Shown in pieces: positions 51,001 to 64,000 of a DNA stretch of 64,000 bases. Under the pieces are notes generated by a model. That model was not told the origin of the DNA, made no database searches, and saw only the letters and a program-made list of their open reading frames with translations. The stretch is from contig NC_087436.1 of the NCBI RefSeq assembly GCF_036321535.1, positions 89,034,001 to 89,098,000 of the forward strand, written 5' to 3'. This DNA is from Camelus dromedarius (Eukaryota). Position 1 is the first letter of the stretch; each line of letters starts with the position of its first letter. The position numbers were made by a program, and so were the translations under genes.

Positions 51001-54000
51001 TGTCGACACTAGATCATTTCCATTTAAAGATCCCAGACACTTTTGCTTTCGGAAACACCTTCCCACATTATGTTAATTGCATCAAATGCATTCACATCCC
51101 ATGTTAAACCTAATTTCCATGTCACTATAAAAGCACTGGGCTGCAGCTGACTTGTTAACATCATATTATAGTAGCTTTAATATTGTAGTTTTTCTTTTGT
51201 ATTTTGGAGCCAATAATTATTTAAGACCCTTGAGAAACTCATAGTATGTAGACATTTTGCCTACAGGGCTTGATGGCGAAATGGCTTTGCTGGACCTCAG
51301 ATACCCACGGGGCTCTAGTGCACTGCCTCAGATTTCCTTCCATGCTTTCTTTATTTGGAATATATCCAGCTCCTCTTAACTCTCCCACTGGTGGGACTCC
51401 TGCTGCCTTCTTCAGATCTTCTGACCCTGATTGTGGCTTGTCCTGACTTCTAACTTGGCTGCCACCTGTAATTTCTCATAATGATACTGCCTGTCAGGTG
51501 GGACGGCATGCAGTAGTTACCCCTTGGGTTGTTCAGATGCCCTCTTGGAGGCTGAGTCTCTGCCTGGCCCTACCTGACCTCCTCTACCACTTTTCTGGCC
51601 CCACGCTGATGATGGACGTTCTCACATGTTTCCTGCCATGCCTGTCCAACTCACGCTATTTTTGGTGTAGCTGGCTAGCAAAGAGCAGGACTTCCCCTAT
51701 TCAAGTCACTGGTCCTCTAGGAAAGCAGTACAAATTAAATTAACTTTTTTGACAATCACATGATTTTTTTTTCCTTTGGACGCAAATATAGGATCTAATA
51801 TTGTCTCCATTAAATTTTATCTAATTCAATTTGACTTGCCTTTGACTTTTTTTTTTTTTTTGGAGGCACAAACTGGTTCTGAGGTTTTTTTCTTTTTTTA
51901 TCTTTATTTGCTCACCCTCTTAGTTTTGTGTTCTCTTCAAATTTGATAAATATGCCTTTTATCACTATTCCCTTGAGTGAGACAAATGTGGGATGGCAGA
52001 GACAAAGACAGAGCCCTATCACACTTTCTTGGCAATATCCCTCTCAGCTGATGTCAAAAGTCTTCAATCAGCACTTCGTGGGGTGGCACCATCATTTATT
52101 CATTTAATATTTGCCTAATAGTTTCAGCTTTGAGTCTGTGTCTCTGTATTTATCACATTTTCCTGATTCAATGATTTTACAATCCTATCAAATAAGGAAG
52201 TGAGGTCTATTTTGACTTGTGTTTGGAGGAACTGAGTGCCTTCTGTAGATTACTGAGCCCTGCTCTGTGGGATCCAGGGCTAGGCTCTTTCCCTGACTGA
52301 ATCTATCATCTTGTCAGTCTAAGTATCTCAGAACTTATCTTTCTTCCCTTCTGGAACATGGAATGGTGTATTCCATTCTGCCAATGCCAATAATCATTTG
52401 GTGTTCTATGGTGTATAGGCTCATGGCAGTAACCTTCCCTTCGCGATGTCCAATGTGCTAATGGAGCTTTATTGCATTAATTTATGTGGGTGCCTATGTT
52501 TTAGGGACATTATTGGTTAAAGATCTGAATAAAGGTTGCTCTATGGCCAAAATCAGTGGTGACATGAAAAATAATCACATCTGAAAATGCTAAAATCTTA
52601 GTATTAAGGGTTTGTCTTGTATGTTTTTTATCAATAAAATTTTCTCAAAACAGCCAACTATATTTTATTTGTCTTAACAGTCAAAGGAGAGAATATTTTA
52701 TGTCTCAGAGAAAAATCCGTATCCACTTGTTTCTAGTTTGTATTAACTGCAAAGTATTTGGGATATCTATGGTCAAATTTTCTTTTGGTTTTATTTTAAT
52801 TCTTCTTTTTTTCTAAAGAGGGTCACTTTTCACTGAGAAATTCTAATGATAAAAAGTGGTGATTTGTCGACAAAATACATTTTTGAAGAACCCATTAAAA
52901 ACTAAAAAAACCCCCAACTCAACCCAACCATTCATGGTAAAATATTTACAGGATGCTCTGAAGAGAAAACAAACGTAATAAAAAGGTATATGTTTGTGTT
53001 TATATAACCAAGGATATGTATGAAAATAGTCAATAGTGATTATCTCTGAATGTTATAATTATGGGTGTTTTATTTAAAAAATTAAGTAGTGAACATGTAA
53101 TCCTTTTAAAAATAAAACCCTAGTAAATTATTTTTATGTTCTAGAAATTGCCTAAATAGATGCTGGGAAAGTAAACTTCAAATCTGTGAAAATTATTTGA
53201 ATGACCTGTAGAGGGCACTCAAGACCTTCCAGAGTCATAGGCAGAGACAGGACATTGAAAATTTTAATCCTTTCTGGTGCAGGAGTTTTACATTTTTCCT
53301 GACTGTTTTAGCTTTGGATCACTGATTCTTACAAGGTTTTATTTTAAAGTTCACTTATGTTAAATAACACTAGACAAATTCTGATTAATGTACCTAGTCA
53401 CAAATCCATATTTTTAACTTAGAAATATCTATTTATATTTAAATACATACAACTCTGATTGTTACTAAAATGACTACAACAAATGACCTGTTTTGGTCTA
53501 TTTAATGCTTAAGTTGTAGTCTTTTCACTAACATCTTCCAAAGGACGATCTATGCTAGCTTAGCTATGCATATGCATTAACAACAGGTATCTACATGCAG
53601 CAAATGATCTGAACCCATTCTTCACATCTCTGTTATTATTATTATGCAGCTGATAGACTAAAATGCATTAAATTAAAAATTAGCATTCTATGGGGTCAGG
53701 TCAGAGTTTATTTTTGTATTTTGTTAACAAATTGCCTCGTTTCTGATTTCTTTTACCATAATCTATGTCATTTAGTCTCATATACCTTAGCTCTCACACT
53801 CAGACACCATTTATTGAGACTCATTCCATCCAATTGCTAAATCTGATGCCTTCCGCATTTGTGGATGCAAAGTATGTAGTCCCTGCCCTGGGTTTTTACA
53901 GATGTGTTGCATACAACCTGCAATAATAATACAATACCAAGCTCTAGTATCTACAAATGGTGGGTTTTATTTCCAAACAAGATAACTTTTCTCTGGCAAT

Positions 54001-54812
54001 TCTCAGCCATCTTCAAAAATCCCATGTTTTTTTGGATTCCCTTTAGGATCAGACTGGATAGGCTTAGCGACTAGGAGGCCATGTGCTTTTGTGGCTCACG
54101 AACTATTATATGTTCTCGTATAATTTCCTAGCCATTAAGATCCACGTGGATAGGATGTCTTGGAGCTGACAGTTCACAGTTGCTTGTATCTATAGCTAAT
54201 CTGCATTCACTCCCAAGTGCTAGACTGGCATCACAGAAGATATAGTGGTAGGCATGTTGGGCACATTAATATCTGTGTTTTAAAAATTGCATTGTGTCTG
54301 GGCATGACAGAAAAAAAACTCTGATTATTACTGGTTTTGCTGGAATTGATTTTTTACTCCATGTAACTTGGCAGTTACATTGATGAAACATGGGTCTTGC
54401 TGCCATTTTATTGATGTTGAGGGCTTTTTTCTGATGTCTGTGAAATAGGAGGACAGGCAAATATGAGTTTATCTTTGGAGCTGCCTGGTGTAGATGTTTG
54501 GGAATAGCAGTCAGGGCAGGGCAGCGCGCTCATGATCTCAGGCTAGAAAAGAACAGTGATTATCATTTTCACTTTTCAGAGAAGGGAAATGAAAGCACAG
54601 ACTTTCACGACCTGACTGGGAAAGCTGAATGCTTCCAAGTTTCTATCTGTGGAAATGGGACCAATAATCTGCACTACCTAACTCACAGGGAAGACAGAAA
54701 AGGGTGCTTTTGCAAAGTTACAGCTACAGAGTGCTTCTTAGAGGCACTCTATCATCAGAATACTTAGAAGCATTACACAGGCATCACATGTTGCTTCAGG
54801 ATCCATCTACAG

Positions 54813-55532
54813 CACTGTTCTCGACTGAGGGTGACGTCCCCTGTGAATGAAACATATTGTCAGCCATGTCAGTAAACAAAGGATGCTGTGGCCATCAAGT
54901 CATCAGCCACTACTGTCACCCCTGACAGTGAATGGAGGGAACTCAGGAGGGAGACAAGTGGGCACCTCTGCTGCCACCCTCAGTGGTGCACCCTGGGGGA
55001 ACTCGGGATGCAGAAGAACGGGATACCGGCCCAGACAGCTAGGTGCAAATCAAAGGAATGATTTCAGTGAGCCCAGACTTTTGCACCTCCCTATACATAG
55101 AAAAGTGCTAAATTCCTTCACTTGAGATGTCTGGTTTTCTTTAATTAACAGTCATCTTTTGATGTTCTGACTACCTGGTCTATGTTGCAAAAACTCCCAC
55201 ATATCCTGGCTTCTCTCTTGCCTGGGTGGAACACTCTATTAAAGCGATCTGAGAGGCTGCCTCCTGGGCTCAAGTTTTCAGAAAGTCCACTGAATAGAAC
55301 GTAACTCTCAACTTTTAGGTTGTGCATTTTGTTTCAGTTGACACCCTGGCCCAGGGGGTATTTGACAGGATCTGGAGACATTTTTGGTTGCCATGACTTG
55401 GGGAATGGGTACCAATAGTGTCTAGTGAAAAGAGGCCAGGGAAGATGCTAGATGTCCTACAATAATCAGGGCAGTGCCCCATATGAATTATCCAGCCCAA
55501 CACGTCAATAATGCTGACGCTGAGAAACTCTG
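54813..55532 (+). mobile_element. MER20 (hAT-Charlie) split by an LTR insertion
   Basis: cactgttctc...ggagacatttttggttgccatgac...gaggccaggga...aattatccagcccaacacgtcaataatgctgacgctgagaaactctg matches remembered MER20. 8-bp duplication atctacag/atctatag. Confidence 0.85.
54842..55343 (+). mobile_element. ERV1-like solo LTR (about 502 bp) nested in MER20
   Basis: Starts TGTG and ends ttcagttgaCA; flanks cccc/ccct; host MER20 sequence resumes on either side. Confidence 0.8.
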
Positions 55533-56842
55533 ATCTATAGCTAGAGGGTACTGTGGTTGACAGAATGGTTCCTATTAAAACTATCTGTATTGGTGTTGTG
55601 ATCAGTGGTTTGTAATATTACCCTGCTCTCATTCTAAGCAGATAGATCTTTTGGGAAAGGAAGGTATAGAATTATTCTGTCATCAAATCACAAATAGAGT
55701 TTCTTCACTTATAATCCAAGGACCTCATGCCCACCCCTGGCTAAGACAATAAGACTGATTACATGAACCTGAGTAACAAGCATGACAAATTCATGGCTCT
55801 TTGATTTAAAAGACACTAGCTTGAAAGTCCGAAGGATGTCTATACATGTAAACTTTCTGAAGAATTCTATTCACCCTGAATCCCCCCAGCGCATACACAA
55901 GTTAAAGACGATTCAAGGAAGGAAAGGGAGGAAGAGAAGCAGAGAGGGAAAAAGAGCCAGATGTGAATTTGGGAAGCCCCATCTGCCTCTGCCCCTTCAA
56001 GCTGGGTTCTAGGTTGGGGGTACGATGCTAGACGGCCTCTTTAAAGTTCTGGATAGGAGTAGAGACTGTACCTAATGCTGAAGGCAAGCAAACATTGTAG
56101 AAAGAAAGCTTTTCATTCCACTATTTGGAGAGCAGTACACTCTGTTAAAGCTTCAGAGTGCTGGAGACAATTCCATCTGAGTTTCTTGTGGGTTCATCAT
56201 AGTAAGGGAGGATTTCCAAGGGTTGCTGTTTTGCAGATGTGCACTGGGAGAGCACCTGTGGTCCCGTAGGACATCTCAAGGTGACCTCATTGGAAGGATG
56301 CAGCAGGGACAGTTCCTGCCAGGGATCAGAGACCCAGTTAAGTCTTGGGTGCATTGCTAGTGCTACAAGTGCTCAGTGGGACCTGCGTCAGTACCCGTGG
56401 AAGGTCCAGTTACCATTGGAGTGAGCCTGATTTCACCTGTGCTGTGGCCCAGACAGGGCAAGTTATATCTGAAGTCAGAGGCTGGTTCAGGATCCAACAG
56501 ACTGAGCAGGAATGTAGAACAACCCCTTCTTGACCCCCTGGGGTAAGATATCCCTAAGCACCCCAGAGCCTATAGTCAACCCCAGGGGGAGGGGTGGAAT
56601 CAAGGGGAGACAGTGCAAATAGACTGCAGCACATTCCCCTCTGCTCTCCTGGCCTTTACTCTGGTGACCTCTGAGCTCACTGTCAATGCTGGGGAGACGA
56701 GCAGGAAGAAAGAGACAGTCCTGGTGTTACTGCGTCTACAGCTGAAGTGTCTGAGGAAGCGCTGATTTGAGACAGGATGAGGAAACTACTAGACTGAGGC
56801 ACACAGTCTAAAATTAAATTTTAGAAAATAAAGAATGCATTT

Positions 56843-56932
56843 AAAAAAAAATGGAGGTACTGGGGATTGAACCCAGGACCTCGTGCATGCTAAGTATGTG
56901 CTCTACCACTAAGCTATTTCCCTCCCAACTAG
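56843..56932 (-). mobile_element. tRNA-Ala-derived SINE (camelid Vic-1-like)
   Basis: Minus strand GGGAGGGAAATAGCTTAGTGGTAGAGCACATACTTAGCATGCACGAGGTCCTGGGTTCAATCCCCAGTACCTCCA has A and B boxes and an AGC anticodon-like loop. 11-bp duplication agaatgcattt (56832-56842 and 56933-56943). Confidence 0.85.
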
Positions 56933-58334
56933 AGAATGCATTTGGACATATTTAAGTTTGTAGACTGAAATTTTTTTACCAATATTAGCTGTATCTACAG
57001 GGGAAAAAGTAGGAGATTATGAAGTCTAGTGTCCCACTTCTGATCTTCATACAATAGATAAAGGCCATATTAGAACTCTGACAAAAGGATATACAGTTAG
57101 TTTCTCATAAAACAACAAAGCTGGGCTTGAAGAGTAGGTTGGATTATATTTTCTTCCCAAAGAATCTCCATTTTGGTCTTTTCAATTATATAAGTAGGTG
57201 CTTGATTCCCAGAAATTTGTTACTAAGACATGGATTTTAAAATAAAATTATACTAGAAGAATCCTTTATCACAGTCCTTTTAGGCTATATTTTCATATTT
57301 TTAAGACATACTTTGGTTTAACCCATTGCTGACCAAAGGACCCTGGAACTGAAGATCGTGGTGGCCATTTATCTAGATTGCTTTGAAACAGCCACTCTGG
57401 TGATTAATTTTCGTTCAAGAGGAAGATTTTGGCTGGGTTACTTTTCTAGAGCTTGGAGGAGTCAGTGCTCATGAGAGTTCTTTGAGAAATTCCGTATAAA
57501 TATTTATCCTTGAAGCCCCACTGCTTGGCTATTTCTTCCCTGTTGAAGATTACCTTTTACTAAAAAGGTGTTAGGTATCAGGCATCTGCTAGACTTTCCA
57601 TGCAGTAGACCTTTTACTTCTGGGGCAAGTAATGCACATCATCACAAGGAATTCCAGGGACATTATTATATTAAGAATATGTAGAGCAAGTTAGAAATTC
57701 TTCTCCAGAATAAACCCTGGAAATAAACACTAGTGATTAATCGACACCTGTATCAAAATCATCCATGTTTGCTTGTGGTCATAATTATCGCTGCCATTGA
57801 TGTATGGGTCAGGTCTAGAGCTGGACATTTTACATACACATCCACATCATTCATCCTTAGGAAGAAATGAGCATGTCCATTATAATCACTAGGGTACTGA
57901 GGGTTAGACTGTTTAAGGAACATGGTCACAAACCTTGTTAGGGCTGCATTTCTAAAATCTTTCTTCCCCACCCCACTGCCTAGTTTCATGCTTCTTAATT
58001 GATACTCCTAGTTCATATGTTAAGTTTCATACTGTAGAAAGAATGGCTCTATACCTTATTTGGTTGAACCTCAGGAAAGTGCTGCTGTTTGACATTTTTG
58101 GACATAAAACACCACTTTTGTATGGTTAGTCTTAGTATAGTGTGCAGTGGCTCGGCTCAGTTAAAATGTGGGTTTGGGCGCTATGGGAGTCTGTGGACTG
58201 GTTTGATCTATTACCCTGTTCATATCTCAGATTGTACTGCTAATCTGCAATCTTGAATAGAATGAGGTATTGGAAAAGCTATGCATAAGTGATTTGGAAT
58301 CCATCACCGCAGAAGGAAAAGATGTCAAAGCAGG

Positions 58335-58510
58335 CCTGGTGTGATGGAGAGAAACAGACCTGGAATCCAAAGCCTGGATTCTGGGCTCTGCTCTGCCGCT
58401 TTCTGCTTATGACCTCTGCTGAGGTGTAGCCACGCCAGGTCTCAGCTACCTTCTCTGGGAAATGGGGCTACTCATACCCACCTCTCAGAATTGTGAGATT
58501 TAAATGATAT
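58335..58510 (+). mobile_element. MIR fragment
   Basis: acagacctggaatccaaagcctggattctgggctctgctctgccgc...ctcagaattgtgagatttaaatgatat. Confidence 0.65.
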
Positions 58511-59024
58511 AATTAAAAAGAAAAAACTTGTATTGCATGATGGCTCTGCCCAGGCATTGTGATGAGCTTTTGGTATATACAGATCCATAAAATCTCAACC
58601 CGGTCTTTATCTCGAATGAGTTCATTGTTTTAAGGGAGCTAAGAGACATAAATAAATATCATGCAATGTTAAAAGTGCTAAAATAAAGAAATGTACAAAA
58701 TGTTACAGGAACAATGAGGAGAAAATGTAACACTCAATCCACCAGAGCAACTCAAGGGCAGAAATCTCATGTGTCTTGTTTGCACCCTAATAAGTTTGAC
58801 TAAATATTGGTTGAATATATGAATGATTCATGAAGGTTGAGGAAGAAGCTTGGGAATAAAACTTCACTGTCTTTGCCTCTTCCATTTCCTCACTCACTGT
58901 CCTCTCACTGCTCAAATCATGTCAGCCTAGAGCTGGCGTCTCTTTCTCTCATGAACCTCTTTCTGCAAAGGCTTCTTTTTCGGTTTTTGACAATTCAACA
59001 AAGAAGAGAAATAGATACCTAGTG

Positions 59025-59378
59025 TGATTTTAAACTGACAAGGCTAGAAAATATTTCAAATGCACAGCAAAGAAAACAATCAAAAGCATGAAAAGGCAAC
59101 CTACGGGATGGGAGAAAATATTTGCAAACCATGTATCTGCTAAAGGACGAATATCCAAGATCTACAAGGAAACCATACAACTCCGTCGCAGAAAGCCAAA
59201 ATAGCCCAATTAAAAAGTGCGTGATGGACCTAAATGCACGCTTTCTCAAAGAAGACATAAAAATGGCTAAAAGGTACATGAAAAGGTATTCAGCATCATT
59301 AGTCATCAGAGAAATGCAAATCAAAACCACAAGGTCATATCACCTCACGCCTGTTAGAATGACTATCATCAAAAAGAC
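59025..59378 (+). mobile_element. L1 ORF2 fragment
   Basis: ORF 59122..59463 contains NSPIKKCVMDLNARFLKEDIKMAKRYMKRYSASLVIREMQIKTTRSYHLTPVRMTIIKK, a recognisable L1 ORF2 C-terminal segment. Confidence 0.9.
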
Positions 59379-59869
59379 ACACCATAGCTTACCTGATCGC
59401 TCAGGTGTGTGTGCTGCTGCTGATAACTTTCTCTCAGAACCTCACCTTCCTTCACTTTTTTGAAATGGCATTTCTGCATTCTCGTCTTGCCCGTCTCTGA
59501 CAGTTTCCCCTCCTCTTCTTGGGGTTTTCTCTCAAGTCAAAAAACTCTGATGTCCCTTAGAGAACATCTTGCTCTTCATGGATAGGACTTCCACTCCTGG
59601 TTTTAACTATTTATGATGATTCATTTCTAAATCTTATTTCCAGGATATAATTCTCCTTTAAGACTTAGACTTAAAATTGCCAACAATCTACCTGTCATCC
59701 TCAGATGGAAATTCTTCACATAAAACTCAGAGTGTTCAATGTGTTTGTCATCTCATCTCCCAGATACTTCGTCCCTCTTCTGATCCCCTCGCACTCCCAG
59801 CTCATGGCACTACCATTCACCTGGTCACTTGTGGAAGACCTGCTTGGTTCTTTTTGTCCTCACTTACTG

Positions 59870-60265
59870 TGAATGGTATTATCAATATTTGGTTCTCCTC
59901 CCATCCCTAGACACATGGAAGGTCACATTTCCCAGACCCACTGCACTTAGGGCCACGTGACTACTTCTAGTCAGTGGACTGCAGCCAAAAATGACAGGTA
60001 TTAGTTCAAATCAAAGCCAGTGCCTGAATCTCCATCATCTCTCCTTTTTGTAATGACCCAAGAAGCACTCTCTTCCAGATGGTGCTGCCGTAAGATTATG
60101 GAATCTCCATCAGCTTGGTCCCTGAGTAACTGCGGAGCAGAGCCCCTGCTCTGCGTCAATTTATGACACTTAGTGTCAACAGGGTAGAAACTTTTGCTGC
60201 GTTAAGTCACTGAGATTTTGGTGTGTGTTTCTGACTACAGCATCACTAGCTTTCCCACTGGTACA
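59870..60265. mobile_element. MLT1-type LTR remnant within L2-like sequence
   Basis: cacatttcccagacccactgcacttagggccacgtgactacttctag...aaacttttgctgcgttaagtcactgagattttgg. Confidence 0.6.
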
Positions 60266-62351
60266 TTTACCTCCTCTACTATATAAAAACTTCCTTTAGA
60301 CTCCCCTTCTCCTGTCTCTATCATTGTACTTCTATTCATGCTTGCTTTCCCCAGCCGCCTAGCTGGCTTCACTAAATAATCAAATTTCTGTCCTTTCAAA
60401 TTCATCTTCTACACATCTACCGGAGTGTTTTATTTAAAATACAAATATGAAAGTGTCACTCCCAGCTTGAATCTTTTAATGATTCCCTCATTACCTCTAA
60501 CAGTAATTTTAAAACTTTGTTCCCTGGAATAGTTCATTGGTGTTCTGGAAAAAAAAATTCCTGAAAGACTAATGTCCCTAGGCTCAAGAAGATTGTGTCC
60601 CCAGGCTCAAGAAGATTGTGCAGGAATGCGTACCACCATAGAGGTTTACAAATGCACTTCAATAGTTATTAAAATATCATGAGGTAAAGACATTAGTGTA
60701 ATTTGTTTTAAATAGTCCTTTCCCCTAGTCATTTTTAGAAGAATGTGTTTTGGCACCAGAATATCAGAATTTTTTCTAAGCTCTTCCCCTGGCCTCAAGG
60801 CCTCAGTGTTATGTGCTGCCTCGATATCTGGTAGAACCAGGAGGGCCTGGATCTGCCCCTGTGGATACAGTCTCCTAGACAAAGACCACTCCCCATCATA
60901 AAGATCAGACACAGGTCCTGCATACCCTTGAGTAGTGGGTTTTGGTTCCTTGTCAGCCCATGGAGTTCCTCGAACAAGCCAGTCATATCCACACCACTCT
61001 GTGGAAACCAGGGAGCATCTCACCCTCTTAATACCACAAAGCCTGCCTCCCACCCCTCTGATCGCTCACTCTGTTCCTGAGTGCACCCCTCATGTGGCCC
61101 TGCATGGTATACAGTGTCCTCCCCTCTGCAACTGATCAACTGCTGTTGATGTCTTCTGCCCACTGTCAGGTGTCGAACGGCCAGCTGCCCTCATAACCCT
61201 AGGGCAGGAATCTCTCTCTTGCCAAGAGAATGGGTAGAAGGCCATTAAAACAGAGATTTTCCTAGACATCTTGCTTCACAGCTGCCCTGGTTCAACCTGC
61301 CCCCGTAAGTACTTCGTATCTTTTTTTGCACTTGCCACATTTCACAGGAATTATGTCTTACTGTGTCTGTCTCTAAATTAGATTTTGAATTCCTTGATGT
61401 CAGGCACCAAACCTTACTTACTCAGTGTCTTGCACGTTGTTGCCATGATGCTGCTTGTGAGTCTGATGAAAATATTAAATAATACATGTCTTTGATCACT
61501 TTTACCAGCCACAGCTCAAGGTTCCACAAGTATTATCTCTAGGTGAGGAACTTGAACCTTTATTGAGCAATCTGCCTTAAGACCACACAACACGTTAAGA
61601 GGCAAAGCTGGATCTCGAACCCAAGGCCATCCGTTAAGACTGTCATCTTCATAGGTAGACAGATGTACTGCTCAGTCACTGAGTCTGCAACGTGCCAAAC
61701 AATTTGGTGACATGAGAGTGAAACTCATGCGAGGGTGACTTTCCCTTTGTCCCCTGTTGATGAATGAAACCTGAAACTGGGGCAAAATAGGTACAAAAAA
61801 ACCCTTACATCCTGAAGATAACCACAAATAGGTGGGGATACACATCCCTTCCTGGGTGTCCTGAGTGGCAGCAGATGTTGTAATTTTAGTCGCCATTCCC
61901 ACTGCAGCCCAAATAAAGAAAGGAAGAAGAGAGAAAAGAGGGTATATCGAGAAAGGCAGTAAAAGAGGAAAGGAACAATTAAGAAAACTGTCAGCGCGTG
62001 AGTCATCAGCTACCCAAGAATGTGATGGCTTTCTTTCTACCTCTTTAAGGAGAGAAAAGGGAAAACCACCTAAAGATTGGGAATACCTACAAGCAAGGGA
62101 CACCCTGCACCTCATTTCCCTGTAGCGATTGTTTGCTTAGGTGCAGACTTGCTGATATGGCCCTGTGCCTGCAGGGGAAAGGATGTGAGATTGCTACCCT
62201 GGAAGAAAGAAAGAGAGCCAGCAGGGGAGGAACCTGCCCTCCACTATTTGGCAACATTAGGTTTCCAGTGGCTCAAGTGGACTATCTACCAGGGTGGCTG
62301 CAGGGCAAGTGGACCCAGCAGAAATAGGTTTGGTGATTCCTAGGGTAAAGG

Positions 62352-62378
62352 TGTGTGTGTGTGTGTGTGTGTGTGTGT
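62352..62378. repeat. (GT)n microsatellite
   Basis: Directly visible, about 14 units. Confidence 0.9.
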
Positions 62379-62825
62379 AGGGAAAGTGGTAGTTGGTAGT
62401 ACTAGCCGTTTATCTTCATATCAGGGAACTGTGTAATGAGGAAGAACTCACTCCAGGACCCAAAGAGAGAGGCAGCCCTTAGATGCCTGGCATACAGAGG
62501 GCATGCTGGTCAGGTTGGGCTAGCTGGGAAGCACTGACATCCGGCACAGGACTGCAGTCACTCAGCCATGAGCAATGCCTATTCTCTTCCTTTGTGTACA
62601 TCCCTCCTCCCAGTATCTAGTCCCAGAGAGAAAGGCAGGGTGATGGTGCAGACCTCACTGCTTTCCTTCCTACTACAATTCCTTGAGCTACAGGGGGTGG
62701 AATAGGGATGGGTGGGAAGAGGCTGGAATTTTAAACAGGACTGGGTTTTTTGGGTAAATAGTGAAAGTCAGCTGAAAGTTATGGAACTGGTTGGAAATGC
62801 AAGGATAGGAAAAAAACTTTATCAA

Positions 62826-63322
62826 CTACAATGGAGTATTACTCAGCCATAAAAAAGAATAAAACAATGCCATTTGCAGCAACATAGATGGACCTGGAGA
62901 TCATCATTCTAAGTGAAGTAAGTCAGACAGAGAAAGAGAAATACCATATGATATCACTTATATGTGGAATCTGAAAAAAAAAGGGTACAAATAAACTTAT
63001 TTAGAGAACAGTGACAGACTCAGGTGTAGAAAATAAACTTATGGTTACCAGGAGGGAAGGGGGTGGGGGGATAAATTAGGAAGTTGGGATTAGCAGATAC
63101 AAACTACTATATACAAAATAGACAAACAAGGAGGTCCTACTGTATAGCAGAGGGAACTGTATTCAATACCTTGTAATAGCCTATAACAAAAAAGAATATG
63201 AAAAGGAATATATTCCTTTATACATATATATAAATAAATCACTATGCTGTACACCAGAAGTTAGCACAACATAGTAAATCAACTATACTTCAATAAAATA
63301 ATAATAATTATTAAAAGAAAAA
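62826..63322 (+). mobile_element. L1 3' end (L1MA9/artiodactyl type) with A-rich tail
   Basis: atggagtattactcagccataaaaaagaat...gccatttgcagcaacatagatggacct...actatacttcaataaaataataataa. Confidence 0.9.
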
Positions 63323-64000
63323 CACGTAGGGGGCCAGGGCTGGGGTAAAAATAGAACTTCTCAATTGTATCCAAGGAGTTCTGACTGTTCAGCTAACCAG
63401 TCACCTAAGCAGGCTGTTAAAATGACAGCCTGGATTACTTCACACAAAGTGAATTTATCTGAGCCTGTGGGTTGTGGAAGATAGTTCTGTCTGCTCATTA
63501 GGGGAACGTCTGAGGACTCATTCCCGTCCACTGATTATGATCCACTTATAAGCAGCTTGGTGATGTCCCTGGGATGTCAAGCCCCAGAATTTAGAGGCAA
63601 CTACTTGCTTATACTGCAAGAGGAACCCTGAAATGACAAGCCACAGACCACTGCCCTCTGTCTTGAATGTTCCAGATGTTTATCCACCTTGGAGCACGGA
63701 ACACACCTGCCCATCATCAGGTGCACACAGCAACCTCCCAGAAACCCAGAAGTCACAAATAGTATGCAGTTTCTTCATCAGTAGCCTCAATTTTAGCCAA
63801 CTGAACTTTTGCTTGATCATTATTCCAAGAGGCACCTGAAGCTTTCTATGATGCATCCTGAAACTAAAGGTGAGTTACTGGAATGCAGAAAGATTTGCTT
63901 ACCAAATTTTAAACAACCATTTTTACAAAGCTTGAGGACAAAAATAAAATTATATGTGTGTGTGTCTTTTTTTTTATATACAGGAAATCAGGTTTGGGTG

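Noticed and set aside
56852..56926. Functional tRNA-Ala(AGC) gene
   Set aside because: Acceptor and anticodon stems contain mismatches and the element has a target-site duplication, so it is a SINE/retrocopy.
59122..59463. Protein-coding ORF of 113 aa, also 6032..6391 and the ORFs at 43037..44104
   Set aside because: Decayed L1 ORF2 or 3' UTR sequence, not host genes.

Overview
Mammalian genomic DNA, probably camelid: it carries a tRNA-Ala-derived SINE of the camelid Vic-1 type and I recognised no Alu, B1 or Bov-A elements. Two genes lie tail to tail. On the + strand are the last three coding exons of COMMD8 (1430-1582, 2987-3142, 4191-4211) with a poly(A) signal near 5110. On the - strand are the last four coding exons of the GABA-A receptor beta-1 subunit GABRB1 (41398-41261, 41160-41008, 38073-37829, 22736-22392). 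All splice sites are GT-AG with consistent phases, and 41399-64000 is the preceding GABRB1 intron. The rest is intronic or intergenic and holds L1, L2, MIR, LTR and hAT remnants, several with readable target-site duplications. Apart from the three ORFs overlapping GABRB1 exons in frame, the ORF track is noise or repeat-derived. I found no convincing new gene system. The best leads are a candidate ~12 kb extended GABRB1 3' UTR with tandem poly(A) sites, a dense transcription-factor motif cluster at ~49.75 kb, a strong CTCF-like motif at 53202, an in-frame upstream acceptor for the last GABRB1 exon, and some unusual insertion and duplication structures. Repeat family names, exon numbers and human protein comparisons are from memory, not from a database search.
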